Positions 34,293 through 44,931 of a stretch of 64,000 nt of DNA are shown here, in pieces. The stretch comes from Histomonas meleagridis 2922-C6/04-290x (taxonomy: Eukaryota; Protista; Parabasalia). Where the stretch lies: NCBI GenBank assembly GCA_020184695.1, contig JAANOX010000035.1, positions 248,001 to 312,000 of the forward strand, written 5' to 3'. The notes beneath the pieces are model-generated. The model searched no databases. It was given only the letters and a program-made list of their open reading frames with translations, and was not told where the DNA came from. A program made the translations under genes and the position numbers. Within the stretch, counting starts at the first letter, position 1. Every line of letters starts with the position of its first letter.

Positions 34293-35108
34293 TTAATAAT
34301 TTTTACTATACATACTTTGATATCCATCTCTTTGATAACGTCGAAAATACATTATCAAAATTCCAATGGCAACAGCAACAACAGCACATGAAATAACAAC
34401 GATTCCTAAAATCTGTCCAAAGTTTTCATTTGTTTTTTCTTTTTCTTGATGACTTGATTGTGTAAATGCATTTGATACAGTAAATGATTGAGTTTCTGAA
34501 TGATTACCAAATATTTCTTTATGTGTTTTCTTTCCTGCGAATGTATCACTTTGATACATATCAACAACATTTATATTTATAGCAGGAACTTTATAAAAAG
34601 AATTTTCTTTGATTTGAGGTTGATTTTCGCCAAGAAAATAAATATTTTCCAAATTAATACATAAATAAAATGCTTTTGCATTAATTACTTTAACATCTTT
34701 ACCAATAATAACTGTTTGTAAATTAGTACAATTATAAAATGCTGAAATGCCAATTGATTGAACTCTATTTGGTATTTTAACTATTGATAAAAGAGTACAG
34801 AATTCAAAAGCGCAATCACCAATTGTTTCAACATTTTCACCAATAATTAATATTTCTAAACGTAAGCATGAAGAAAATGATTTATAACTAATAGATGTAA
34901 TTGAATCACCAATAGTAACAGAAACTAACACGTTCCATTGATAAAAAGTTTTAGAAGGAATTTTAGTAATAGCATTTCCAATTACAACATTTTTTGTTTC
35001 TTTTTGATATTCTTGTGTAAACTCTTTTGGTTCAAAAATATAAAGTGTTCGTGATGTTTTTTCAAATGTTTGAGATGTGTGTGAAAAGAAAGTTATAAAA
35101 ATGAACAT
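34293..35108 (-). CDS. BspA-like (TpLRR) type I surface membrane protein
   Basis: TpLRR repeats (VTIGDSITSISYKSFSSC, VKIPNRVQSIGISAFYNC), a TM segment and a short tail containing YQSM. Probable start is MFIFITFF (ATG at 35108) rather than 35393. Confidence 0.8.
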   Translation of the reverse strand: MFIFITFFSHTSQTFEKTSRTLYIFEPKEFTQEYQKETKNVVIGNAITKIPSKTFYQWNVLVSVTIGDSITSISYKSFSSCLRLEILIIGENVETIGDCAFEFCTLLSIVKIPNRVQSIGISAFYNCTNLQTVIIGKDVKVINAKAFYLCINLENIYFLGENQPQIKENSFYKVPAININVVDMYQSDTFAGKKTHKEIFGNHSETQSFTVSNAFTQSSHQEKEKTNENFGQILGIVVISCAVVAVAIGILIMYFRRYQRDGYQSMYSKNY

Positions 35109-36399
35109 AAAGAAAATGTTTTCATGCTTATGATTAGTGAATTGAATCTTTTGAAGACTTGGTTTTATTTTAACATGAAACAATAAACCTTTGAAAGCAA
35201 GAACAAGAAGGGTTGTTAAAGATATGATAAATGATATGTATTTTTTTAAATTTTCGATGATTTTTTGGAATGTAAGAACATTTGTCATTTCTTTATCATA
35301 ATTTTGAAATAACAATTCTGCGTTGTTGTTCATCGAATTTTTATTGTCCACGAAAGAAAAAGATAGCGAGAAATACAAAAATATTCCCTGCATTTTTTCC
35401 TCTTTTTAAGTCATGAATAAAACATTGAATCACAGTTTATGACAAATTTGACGGAAAATACCATTGTTTTTACACAGAATTTTTGAGAGAATATCAACTT
35501 ATTTTGAGGTTAATAAATATGACACTTTTATGTAACAAATTAGCGGTAAAAAACATAGGTGACACTTTAAATACAGACAAAACCCATACTTTTTTTAGCT
35601 ATATATGCATAAATTATACTATATATTAATTACCCCAAGTATCAAGGAAAATTTGACGGAGAATGTTGTCTTACGATGTATTAAAGGGTGAATTAACCTT
35701 CTTCATTCTATTAACGGCCACCCACAATTTACGGTTTTATATCAAAATACAAACATACTTTCTTAAATGCTTTTTAAAGGAAATTCATTACTTTACGTGA
35801 ATTCACTCTTCTTCTTTTCCAATGTTTTAGTTATTTCTTTAGGTTGTTCTACGATTACAAGGGGACGAAGGGGAAGATGACATCCAAAAAGGGTTACAAG
35901 ATTATAATCTTGAAAATCATGGGTAAAAAGGGTAAATTATCCATCTTTGTCTTTGAGGTGTGTATAGGGAACTATTTTGAAAAATATCAAAAAATTGATA
36001 TCAACTTTTAAAAGATACTCTAAACATAGATTGAAGACATTGAATAAATTGAAAATATTCCTAAAAAATGGAATCTTTGTTTATCAACATAGAAAATTAT
36101 ATCTTCATAACTATACATTACCATTTGGTGTGACCATCTCACCTTATTCGCCTCCGAAAGATATGGCAAAAGATAGAATTTTTATGTTATAATTAACTGA
36201 AATCATGATTTTTTTTTGAAGATGAAAATTTTATTTAAAAATAAATTCGTTTGATTTTGATGTTTTCCTATTGTACAAAGTTTATTTTTTATTATTACCA
36301 AAAATTATGAAAACTATTTTTCATTTTTTATTAAAAACACCTATTAAAAAATATTTTTATTTATTTTCTAATGTAATATATGAATTGTTTGCAACATAT

Positions 36400-37236
36400 T
36401 TATGGCGTAAGCGTTGTTGGGTTTGTTAAATTTTTCTTTTTCTTCTTTTCTTCACTGATTATATGGAATAGACCGTATTCAGGGCCAAGAACTTCTTCAT
36501 AGTGTTGTATCTCTTCTTCAGTGACTTGTATTGGCTCCAACCAAATGATTTCGTCGATGATTGTTGCGAGGTCTGGCGCGTCTTCGGGAACAGGTATATC
36601 TTTAACAGCTTCCAAAGCTTGATCATGGCCAACAATTTTAGCAACAGCAGCAACAGCCAGCTGCCCTGGCGTGTATAGGAATAGTGCATCAGTCTGTAGC
36701 AATTCAAACAAAAATTGTTGACATTCTTCTTGTTTATCTGCATATGGTTTCCCATCACAAATTGCTGTAACTTGATGGAATGGAAGATGTATCTTAAGTT
36801 TGAAGTCAATGGCTTCAAGAACTTGTATTTCAATTTGTGGCATTTGTCTTTGGACTTTGTATTTTTCCTCAAAATTTGAGCCAAAGCCTAACTTAACAAT
36901 AAATGAATCAATCATTACATCGTGATTAAATTTGGAAACTATAAATAATGACATTATCATCGCAAGAGGTGGAGGGATTTCCCAAATTGATCTTGTTAAG
37001 TAAACGCGCTGCATTATCGCAAGGGCAGTATATCGTTCAAACCTATTAAACCCAATTTTAATTCCAGCATCAATAAGCTTATTGCAATAATATGAAATAT
37101 ATTTCATTTCTTCTTCAAATGAAAGTGAAACAGAAAAAACACTTCTGGCTTCCTGATATACCTTTCTGCGTTTTTCTTCGAGTTGTTCTGGTGTAAACAT
37201 AAATTGCTTGGCTTGAGTTGATGTTTGGAAATTCAT
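36400..37236 (-). CDS. Cyclin H-like protein
   Basis: EEEMKYISYYCNKL, TALAIMQRVYLTRSIWEIPP, EIQVLEAIDFKLKIHLPF and TDALFLYTPGQLAVAA match the cyclin H/C fold. Confidence 0.72.
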   Translation of the reverse strand: MNFQTSTQAKQFMFTPEQLEEKRRKVYQEARSVFSVSLSFEEEMKYISYYCNKLIDAGIKIGFNRFERYTALAIMQRVYLTRSIWEIPPPLAMIMSLFIVSKFNHDVMIDSFIVKLGFGSNFEEKYKVQRQMPQIEIQVLEAIDFKLKIHLPFHQVTAICDGKPYADKQEECQQFLFELLQTDALFLYTPGQLAVAAVAKIVGHDQALEAVKDIPVPEDAPDLATIIDEIIWLEPIQVTEEEIQHYEEVLGPEYGLFHIISEEKKKKKNLTNPTTLTP

Positions 37237-37396
37237 TGATTGACACTTTTAGTCTGGGAAAACGTTTATTTTAAACAGTCAACCGATAGAACTTTTTGAA
37301 TAATTTATCATATGAAAAAGTCATATCCTATGTTATAAGATTAAAATATTATTTGGTTTCATTATTTGTTGTATAGTTTCACTTTGGTTCTAATAC

Positions 37397-37511
37397 TTTC
37401 ATTCAATACTTTCATTAATTCATTAATCATTATTTCATTATTCCATTATTCATTATTTCATTGTTTCATTATTCATTATTTCATTAATTCACCAATTCAT
37501 TAATTCATTAA
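37397..37511. repeat. Degenerate TTCATTA(T/A) low-complexity tandem array
   Basis: About a dozen imperfect TTCATT-containing units in a row. Confidence 0.7.
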
Positions 37512-37747
37512 TAAGAAAATGAAAACGTTGGCAGAGATGAAAATTTGGAAAAAAGGTATTAACAAAAATGAAAACATTATTAAGGAAAAAGTAGAAAATG
37601 GAAATATGAAGATGAACAAATTGAAAAGGAAAAGGAAAATTTAACAGACGAAGAGCGGTGTGGTGAACTGCATCGAATCATTGACGAGATGGAGGAATGC
37701 GAGCGAGAAATATTATTAAGAAAGAATTGGAAATAAAAGTTAATTGA

Positions 37748-37884
37748 TATGTGGACAAAAAGGAATTGATATAAATGCTAAAATAGTTGAGTTACTTCTC
37801 GAAAAAGAAGGTATTGACATTAATATTGCATACGATAGATTAGAAAAGTGTAATGAAGAAGACGATAAATCATTTTTGGATTAA
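37748..37884 (+). pseudogene. Ankyrin repeat remnant
   Basis: Reads GQKGIDINAK-IVELLLEKEGIDINIAY with the linker and first helix deleted; no start context. Confidence 0.55.
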
Positions 37885-38273
37885 TTTTAACTTCAACATA
37901 TCAATATGACCGTTTATTTTTACTCAACACAAGAAATTACATTTATCAACCAAATGTTTTCTACTCAAACGCTCATTTTATTTAAACAATAGATTATAAC
38001 TTTTCTTTTTCACACTACATTGCTTAAAATCATTTGTTGTTTAAATCTTACTTTAGATAAGAATAATTTTTGAAAATCATTATTATTTTTTTTAAAAGAA
38101 TATTTTTTTAAAATAATTTTCAAAGTATTTTCACGTTTCTTCTTCTTGTTATTTTTTTACATATAAGCAGATAAATTAAATTTCCTTCTCTGCTTTAAAA
38201 TTTTTGCCAAAAACCGAAGTGTCATTCTATCGCACTTGTTTTGACAAGGTTTGTTTAGTTATATTTGGCGAAA

Positions 38274-39803
38274 ATGTCGAAAGACCAGTCACTCGAGAGA
38301 TACGACAGGCAAATCCGACTTTGGGGTATCAATGGCCAACAGTCTATTGTTGCCGCTACATTGGTTGTTACTGGATCTGATTGTGTATCATCTGAATTTC
38401 TCAAAAATATGACACTCCATGGCGTCAAGAATGTAATTATAGTTGATGATGCTCTTGTTACTAAGGACGACCTTGGGACCAATTTTTATGTCGATGAAAC
38501 TTATCTTGGCAAGCCTCGAGCACAAGCTGTTGCTGATCTTCTTACTGAAATGAATCCTGATGCAATAATCAAGCCTATCCTTAAGGCCCCCAATGATATC
38601 TCTTTTCTTGATGAGATAAAGCAAGATAAAGATTGCTTCATTGTTACAACCGGAAATCAAACCCCAACTTTCCTCAAAACACTTTCTCGTAAGTGTCGTG
38701 AGATTGGTATTCGCCAAGCCCATCTTCAAATCACCGGTTATTTTGGTGCTTTTTACATAGATGGTGGTCTTCATCATTTCTATGAAGAAACAAAGAATCC
38801 TAACAATCCCATATTTACCAAAGAGCTTCGTATGTCACAACCTTTCCCTGAGCTTAAAGCCTTTTTCGATTCGTTTGATTTTGATAAATTATCCGAAGCT
38901 GAACATGGCCACATTCCATATCCTGTTATTCTATATCAAGCAGCCGAACTTGTCAAGAAAGAGTTAGGCGTAGATAAACTCAGTTTTAGCAATCTTTCTG
39001 CCATCCAGTCCCAAATCTCGAAAATGCATCATATCAAAATAGATGCTGAAAACAACACTATGACTGAAGAGGAATGTTTCAAAGAAGCTCTTAGCAAAGT
39101 TATGTTTATTCTTATTCCACCAACACTTCCTGACAATCTTCCAGATTGCTTTTCACTTAGTGATAAGATTGGCGAAGTTAAATCACCATTTTGGGAAATG
39201 ATTCGCGCCACACAACGCTTCTATAAGAAGCATGGAGTCATTCCACATTACGGAGGCTGCCCAGACATGGAAACTAGTTTCAAATGGTATCAACAATTAA
39301 AAGAAATCTATATACATAAATCGGAAGAAGACTGGAAAGAAATCCGCGAAGACTTAAAGAGTAATGGATGTGAAATTGATGAAACGATTTTCGAAAGGTT
39401 TAAACATAACATTTATTCTGTTGGAGGAATCGAATTTAAGACAATCGAAGAACAAATAGACGCGAAATCACCAAATAACAAAAGCCCACTTGCAATTGTA
39501 CAAATGTTATTTATAGCCGCAAGACAATTCCTTGAGAAAGAAGGAAGAACCCCAAAGAAAGGTGATGAAGCTAAACTTCTCGAGTTAATGAAGGAAATCG
39601 GTGCAAAAGATGATAATAATGAACTAACAAAGTACGTAGAAGAGTTTTGTAGATATAATGGCGATGTTATCCCAAGCGTTGCGGGTTCTTTTGCTGCTGT
39701 TTTGGCCGAAGAAGTTACAAAAATAATTATTAGACAATTACCACCTGCTGACAAACCAGTGGTTGTCGACTCAATACATTCGTTACTTGGAATGATGCAA
39801 TAA
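38274..39803 (+). CDS. NAE1: NEDD8-activating enzyme E1 regulatory subunit (ThiF family, APPBP1/ULA1-like)
   Basis: ERYDRQIRLWG, EFLKNMTLHG, DLGTNFY, HGHIPYPVIL and AEEVTKII motifs; first ATG at 38274. Confidence 0.85.
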   Translation: MSKDQSLERYDRQIRLWGINGQQSIVAATLVVTGSDCVSSEFLKNMTLHGVKNVIIVDDALVTKDDLGTNFYVDETYLGKPRAQAVADLLTEMNPDAIIKPILKAPNDISFLDEIKQDKDCFIVTTGNQTPTFLKTLSRKCREIGIRQAHLQITGYFGAFYIDGGLHHFYEETKNPNNPIFTKELRMSQPFPELKAFFDSFDFDKLSEAEHGHIPYPVILYQAAELVKKELGVDKLSFSNLSAIQSQISKMHHIKIDAENNTMTEEECFKEALSKVMFILIPPTLPDNLPDCFSLSDKIGEVKSPFWEMIRATQRFYKKHGVIPHYGGCPDMETSFKWYQQLKEIYIHKSEEDWKEIREDLKSNGCEIDETIFERFKHNIYSVGGIEFKTIEEQIDAKSPNNKSPLAIVQMLFIAARQFLEKEGRTPKKGDEAKLLELMKEIGAKDDNNELTKYVEEFCRYNGDVIPSVAGSFAAVLAEEVTKIIIRQLPPADKPVVVDSIHSLLGMMQ

Positions 39804-40054
39804 ACAATTCAATTCAAGTTTTGGCGCTTTTGTATTAAGTAATGAAATACAGAATTCGATTTGAATTTCTTATAGTGTAATGAAAAAATTCGTTAGTGAA
39901 AATTTCCAATTTTTAGAGGTTGGAAACGAAATTGCCCTGATGTTCAAAAATGGGGACTACTTTTGATCGTTTTTAACAGAAATACCATTCAAAAAGTTGG
40001 ATTTGGTGTCACATCAGTTTAATTAAATAAATATTTATTTATTCATCAAATTTT

Positions 40055-42154
40055 TCAATGATTTCTTATTCTTTCGACAATTTTTTGTAAACTAAATTGA
40101 TCTGAAATCACTGATTCTATCTCATAGTTATCAATAGGTGGAACAGGCGCAGGGAATATCGACCATTCTTCGTCATCAGAAGAATCCGAACTTTGGTCAC
40201 CTAAACCCATTTGCAGCACTTGATAAGTTGCTGTGATAGGTGTAGAAGGCATTCGAATTGATTCAAGTGGAACTTGAACTGATGGATTACCATTTATAAT
40301 TTTGTCCGCTTGAAGTCTTAGTTTCTTTATTGTGTCTTTATTTATTAAACCATCTTTTTCCATTTTATTTATATCAGAAATCGGAAATGGAAAATTCAAT
40401 GGTTTACCTCGCTGTAAAAGTATTGAAAAAAATTTGGTGAAAATTGTCGAATCAGTAACTCCAGAGTTAGTGAAATCAATGTATTCTATTGCACGATTAG
40501 ACATTAATACTTCACCTAATGTTTCAAAGACTTTTTCATCCATTTTGTTCCCACTAATGTCTAATTTACGTATCGTTCGATTATCGTTTTTAAGTGCATT
40601 TAATATTGATATTAATGATTCTGGTGATATCTTTTTATTATCAGAACCTGAAATTCGTAAATCTGTTACACATAAAGTTGATGAAATGAATTCCGTTAAA
40701 TTTTTGATCGTTTTCGTTTCGGAGCCGTTTAGGCAGCCGTTTAACGATAGGCACGTTAACGGTTTACACTTTTCTAAGAAACTGAAAAAGTTCGGATAGA
40801 GTGAATTTCCTTCCCAATATAATTCTTGAAGATTCATTTGAAGATTACCCATTTCTACGCATTGTGTGATTTTCTTTTGAAAACTTAGCCATTGAGATCT
40901 ATCTATTTTAAATCGTTTTATACTTACCGATAGTGGAATTGGGTTCTTTAATATCATCTTAAGGAATAAATTCTCGAAAGAAGTGCCCAAGAAATCAACG
41001 TCATCAAGAATAAGAGTGTGGATACTACGTGGTAATGTAAATTGTTTCTTAAATGTCTCTTTAAAACTATTCCCGGAAAAGTTTAATGTCTTTAAAGAGA
41101 TATCTGTAAGTGTTGAAAGAGTTTGGAAGATTGAACAAAGTTCGCACTCTGAATGTGGACAGCCAAAGTATTCAAGATCTGGTAATGTGCATATGACTTT
41201 GATGGGATCAATGTGTTCAACATGATCAATCGTTAGACTTTTAAGTGATTTAACTTTTGATAAATGGCCACAAAGAATATCAATACAATGACGATTAAGA
41301 CTATGAACAATTGTAAGATTGTTTAATTCGCATTGCTGAACAATACCTACTATTGTAGTAATATCTGATTCTGTGATTTTTGGACATGAAAAAGTGACAC
41401 TTTTCAATACTTTATTACTGCACTTTTTGATTTCTTCTAAAAATATTGGAAATTCTGCATCAATTCGTTCAGAGGTGGTGAAGCTGCTGATATATGAGGA
41501 TTTGGATAAGAATGAACCAACTTCTTTCCAATGTGCAGTTTCTGTGGTTGGTAATTCAATTGAAGTAACATGTGGAATGATTAAAAGAGAATCAAAAAGT
41601 GGTACATAATAGTGTTGAACAGCAATCTGACTGAAATCTAAGTTATTGTTACCAGATTTCAAAAATTCTTCATAAGTTTCGATAAGATCTTCGGGAACTG
41701 TAGGTCGTTCTGCATAAAGCCTTGCTCTGAGACGTGCAATCCCACGCATATATGGTGGAGATTGTACAATAGATTTTGCTTGCATAAAGTTTAATATAGG
41801 CATTTCAGATTTTGAAAATATATCATTAAAATGCTTTGCAAGTTTTGGTAGGATTAAGTCACTATCTGTCAAAATAATTATTTCATCATTTTCAAAAGTA
41901 AAAGTTAAATAATTATTATTTGCTGTGTAGTCTATTTTTTTTAATTCGAACCATGTGTAATGTTTTACTGTCTTTGGTATTCTGGAAAATGTTTTTGTTT
42001 GATGAAGAGAAAATGACGATTCTGTTAATACAAGAATTCTTTTTTCTGAGCGATGTCGCGAATTTAACCTTTCGGCCCACCTAGCATCAATTACTGTTTC
42101 TGTTCTACCCCTCATTATTTCTTTTAGGGGGCCAGCTACATCTGGCTCAGTCAT
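40055..42154 (-). CDS. Leucine-rich repeat protein, CARMIL/LRRC16-like N-terminus
   Basis: EKRILVLTESSF PH-like start; RI-type LRRs (LKTLNFSGN, LTCLSLNGC, IRKLDISGN, IEYIDFTNS). Confidence 0.65.
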   Translation of the reverse strand: MTEPDVAGPLKEIMRGRTETVIDARWAERLNSRHRSEKRILVLTESSFSLHQTKTFSRIPKTVKHYTWFELKKIDYTANNNYLTFTFENDEIIILTDSDLILPKLAKHFNDIFSKSEMPILNFMQAKSIVQSPPYMRGIARLRARLYAERPTVPEDLIETYEEFLKSGNNNLDFSQIAVQHYYVPLFDSLLIIPHVTSIELPTTETAHWKEVGSFLSKSSYISSFTTSERIDAEFPIFLEEIKKCSNKVLKSVTFSCPKITESDITTIVGIVQQCELNNLTIVHSLNRHCIDILCGHLSKVKSLKSLTIDHVEHIDPIKVICTLPDLEYFGCPHSECELCSIFQTLSTLTDISLKTLNFSGNSFKETFKKQFTLPRSIHTLILDDVDFLGTSFENLFLKMILKNPIPLSVSIKRFKIDRSQWLSFQKKITQCVEMGNLQMNLQELYWEGNSLYPNFFSFLEKCKPLTCLSLNGCLNGSETKTIKNLTEFISSTLCVTDLRISGSDNKKISPESLISILNALKNDNRTIRKLDISGNKMDEKVFETLGEVLMSNRAIEYIDFTNSGVTDSTIFTKFFSILLQRGKPLNFPFPISDINKMEKDGLINKDTIKKLRLQADKIINGNPSVQVPLESIRMPSTPITATYQVLQMGLGDQSSDSSDDEEWSIFPAPVPPIDNYEIESVISDQFSLQKIVERIRNH

Positions 42155-42507
42155 TAATTAGCTTTTTAAAAAGTAGCTCAAACAGAAATTCTATAGAAAA
42201 AATTCTGAAGAATCCGGCAGTTATTGAATTAAAAAATTGAAATCTATCCGAGTAAACTATTCATTTTATACGTTAAAATTATAAAGATTTTTTTTTGACA
42301 TTCCTTTGTCATATTCCACAGTTCGAATTCATTAATGAATTTATCCTGATTAAGAAACTTATTTTAATATTAATGAAACGTTTTTAAATCGGAAAACATT
42401 TTCTACTTGAATCAATTGCCTCAAAATTACTTCAACAAAATTCATTATTTATTAGAAAATAAATTTCATCAAAATAACACGAGAAATGTTTTTTATTCTT
42501 GTTGAGT

Positions 42508-43458
42508 TTAGGGAGAATTCAAAGCTAATTTCGCAAACTGAATTGCTTGATCCTTCGTTTTAAAGATAGAAAGGAAACCATTTTTGTGCACAAATACACC
42601 ACCGGGGATTCCGCATTGTTCAGATAATTCTTCATCTCTTAATCCTTTATATGGCAATGGTTTCCTTAATACAAAAGAACGATCAGTTCCGATCGCTTTG
42701 ATGCTCCAATTCCCATTTAAACGAGGTGAAACAATATATAACAATTGTTCAGTTTTTGGTACGTTTTTCTCTTTTTCTATGTTCTTTAGATGTGGCTCGG
42801 CAGGACATGGCTCATTAAATAAAACAATTTTGCCACTCGCATCAACAGTAAATCTGCTTTCATAAGCTTCTTTAGCAATTTCAATTGCTGGGATTTCGGA
42901 ATCAAATAAACGAATAAGTTTTTCTTCATATTCTTTCCCGATTAAATTGACGGCATCTTCAAATGTTCCATCAAGATTTAACATTGAGATTCGAGTTGAA
43001 ATACCTGTGCGAATTTCATAAAGAGGTGTTGCATCTGGAGGAATTTGTTGAACACCATTATCAATACAATCGATTTCAAAAACAAATTTGGTATACATTT
43101 TGTTGTATATGTATTCAGAATGTTCCCCAATATCTCTTCCATTTTTTTCCAGAATTTTTCGATTAATTTCTTTCCCGAATTCTTTGTAAACAATACCACA
43201 TGAAGCCATTGGATAATTTCCATCTGCAAATGTTTCTTTAAATCCTACTTGATGGTGGTCAAACCTTCTTTTCTCTGGGTCATAAATCAGACCAACATCA
43301 CAAACACAATCTGCATTATCAATGATAGATTGATCACGCGTTCTTACAACTTTTGCATCTTTAAATTCATTAGTATTGTGAAGGAAGTAAATTGACAATG
43401 CATCATCGGCATGGAAGTTTCCACTGTGGGTTGCAATTGTTTTCTTTCTTTTTTCCAT
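42508..43458 (-). CDS. MYG1: MYG1 (UPF0160) family DHH-like exonuclease
   Basis: IATHSGNFHADD, VVRTRD, VCDVG, RFDHHQ, IDCIDNG and VFVHKNGF motifs. Confidence 0.9.
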   Translation of the reverse strand: MEKRKKTIATHSGNFHADDALSIYFLHNTNEFKDAKVVRTRDQSIIDNADCVCDVGLIYDPEKRRFDHHQVGFKETFADGNYPMASCGIVYKEFGKEINRKILEKNGRDIGEHSEYIYNKMYTKFVFEIDCIDNGVQQIPPDATPLYEIRTGISTRISMLNLDGTFEDAVNLIGKEYEEKLIRLFDSEIPAIEIAKEAYESRFTVDASGKIVLFNEPCPAEPHLKNIEKEKNVPKTEQLLYIVSPRLNGNWSIKAIGTDRSFVLRKPLPYKGLRDEELSEQCGIPGGVFVHKNGFLSIFKTKDQAIQFAKLALNSP

Positions 43459-43595
43459 CTTTGAAACCGATATTAAACGGCCTCCAAATGAGGCATTTTA
43501 CATCAAAAAGTGCCGGAATTTAAGAATTTTATTTATTTTATCTTCTTCATAAAATAATAAAATAAAAAATTATTTTTGTATTGTTTAGCAACATG

Positions 43596-44495
43596 TTAAT
43601 TCAATTTTTCAAAGTCAGCATAATCACCAACATATAACTCATGTGATGTTTGTGTATTTGTCACTGTACATGGGGCCAATCTCATAAATGCAATAAATGA
43701 CAACGGGAGTACTTCACTAAGGAACTGCTCAATGAGGAACAGTACAAAATACTGCTTTGAAAAACGGCTTGTATCGAAATAAAATGTGTACAAAGTAATG
43801 GATACTGCTCGTAAAACAAGAACGAAAAGCAAAAGTCCGCACTTGATGGAAATCCAAATATCTGGGAATTTACATTCAAGTAATTTTGAAATACTTTTCA
43901 TGTAGACAAGAAAACAAAGCGCAATCAAAACGTCTCTGATACAGGCACAAATGGCTTCGACATTATGAGCTACTTCTCGAGTTTGTCCTTTTCCATTTGA
44001 GACAATGACAATTGTTGATCCGACAAAAACTATACCAATCGCAATAATCATGATGTAGCAAATACGTTCAGCCCATTTAAAAAATGATTTTGCTTCATTT
44101 TCTAGATAATTATTACAAATCTTACACCATGATAAGAAAATTGTAATATAAGCAAGTGCAATAACATATCCAGGGAGCCCACTTGTCAAAACCGAGTAAC
44201 GATCATATAATTCATAATTTTTTGCTGCGCTTTGGGTGTCCTCTAAATTTACATAAAATAATCCCTGAAAGATATTGCCAACGCCTTTAATAAACACTGC
44301 GCAAAGGAATATTATCTGAGGAAAGAATTCCATCTGTTTTCTTCTTTCTTTATGACATAATTCTTTGTATGTTAATATGAAATAAACCAATGCTATTAAA
44401 AGAAATATGCCTCCTAAAACAAAAAATGACACCATCCATAAGTATCTATTTTTGTAAAAATCAGCTAGGTCATTTGCATACGAGGCAAACTCCAT
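43596..44495 (-). CDS. Seven-transmembrane protein (THH1/TOM1-like or GPCR-like)
   Basis: Seven hydrophobic segments in 299 aa; TM7 contains SEVLPL. Confidence 0.6.
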   Translation of the reverse strand: MEFASYANDLADFYKNRYLWMVSFFVLGGIFLLIALVYFILTYKELCHKERRKQMEFFPQIIFLCAVFIKGVGNIFQGLFYVNLEDTQSAAKNYELYDRYSVLTSGLPGYVIALAYITIFLSWCKICNNYLENEAKSFFKWAERICYIMIIAIGIVFVGSTIVIVSNGKGQTREVAHNVEAICACIRDVLIALCFLVYMKSISKLLECKFPDIWISIKCGLLLFVLVLRAVSITLYTFYFDTSRFSKQYFVLFLIEQFLSEVLPLSFIAFMRLAPCTVTNTQTSHELYVGDYADFEKLN

Positions 44496-44931
44496 TTGTA
44501 ACCGATCAGGTATGCTTTCAAATTTCAGAGCTGAGATTACTTTTGAATTGAATTCATAGAAACGTCAAAAGAACGATATGGGTTGAGGGAGCCAAAAAAC
44601 TTTGATCATAACAACAACCAAAGAATGTTTATAAATCTCGCAAAGTTGCCTTTTGCACACAAGGGCTTTGACGCGTGTTTCCAAAAGGTTAAACAAAATT
44701 TCAAAGAATATAAATGCAATGAAATAAATCTAAATTTAATGAAACAATCAAGATTAACCTTGATGAGTTATTTTCAGTATTTTGATTAGTTAATGGGAAA
44801 TTTTTGTCTGATTCAAAATTATTTTTTCATCACAGAAAAATTTACATTTAAAACTATCTTATTCATGACATATTCGTCTAGTTTTGAAATCTCATTTCAT
44901 GAAAATTTGTTATTTAAAGAGAAAAATGTTT

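Noticed and set aside
35109-35393. N-terminal 95 codons of the BspA ORF as coding
   Set aside because: A signal-peptide-like MFIFITFF with an Inr-like cattttcttt just upstream starts at 35108, and the upstream extension has no recognisable features.
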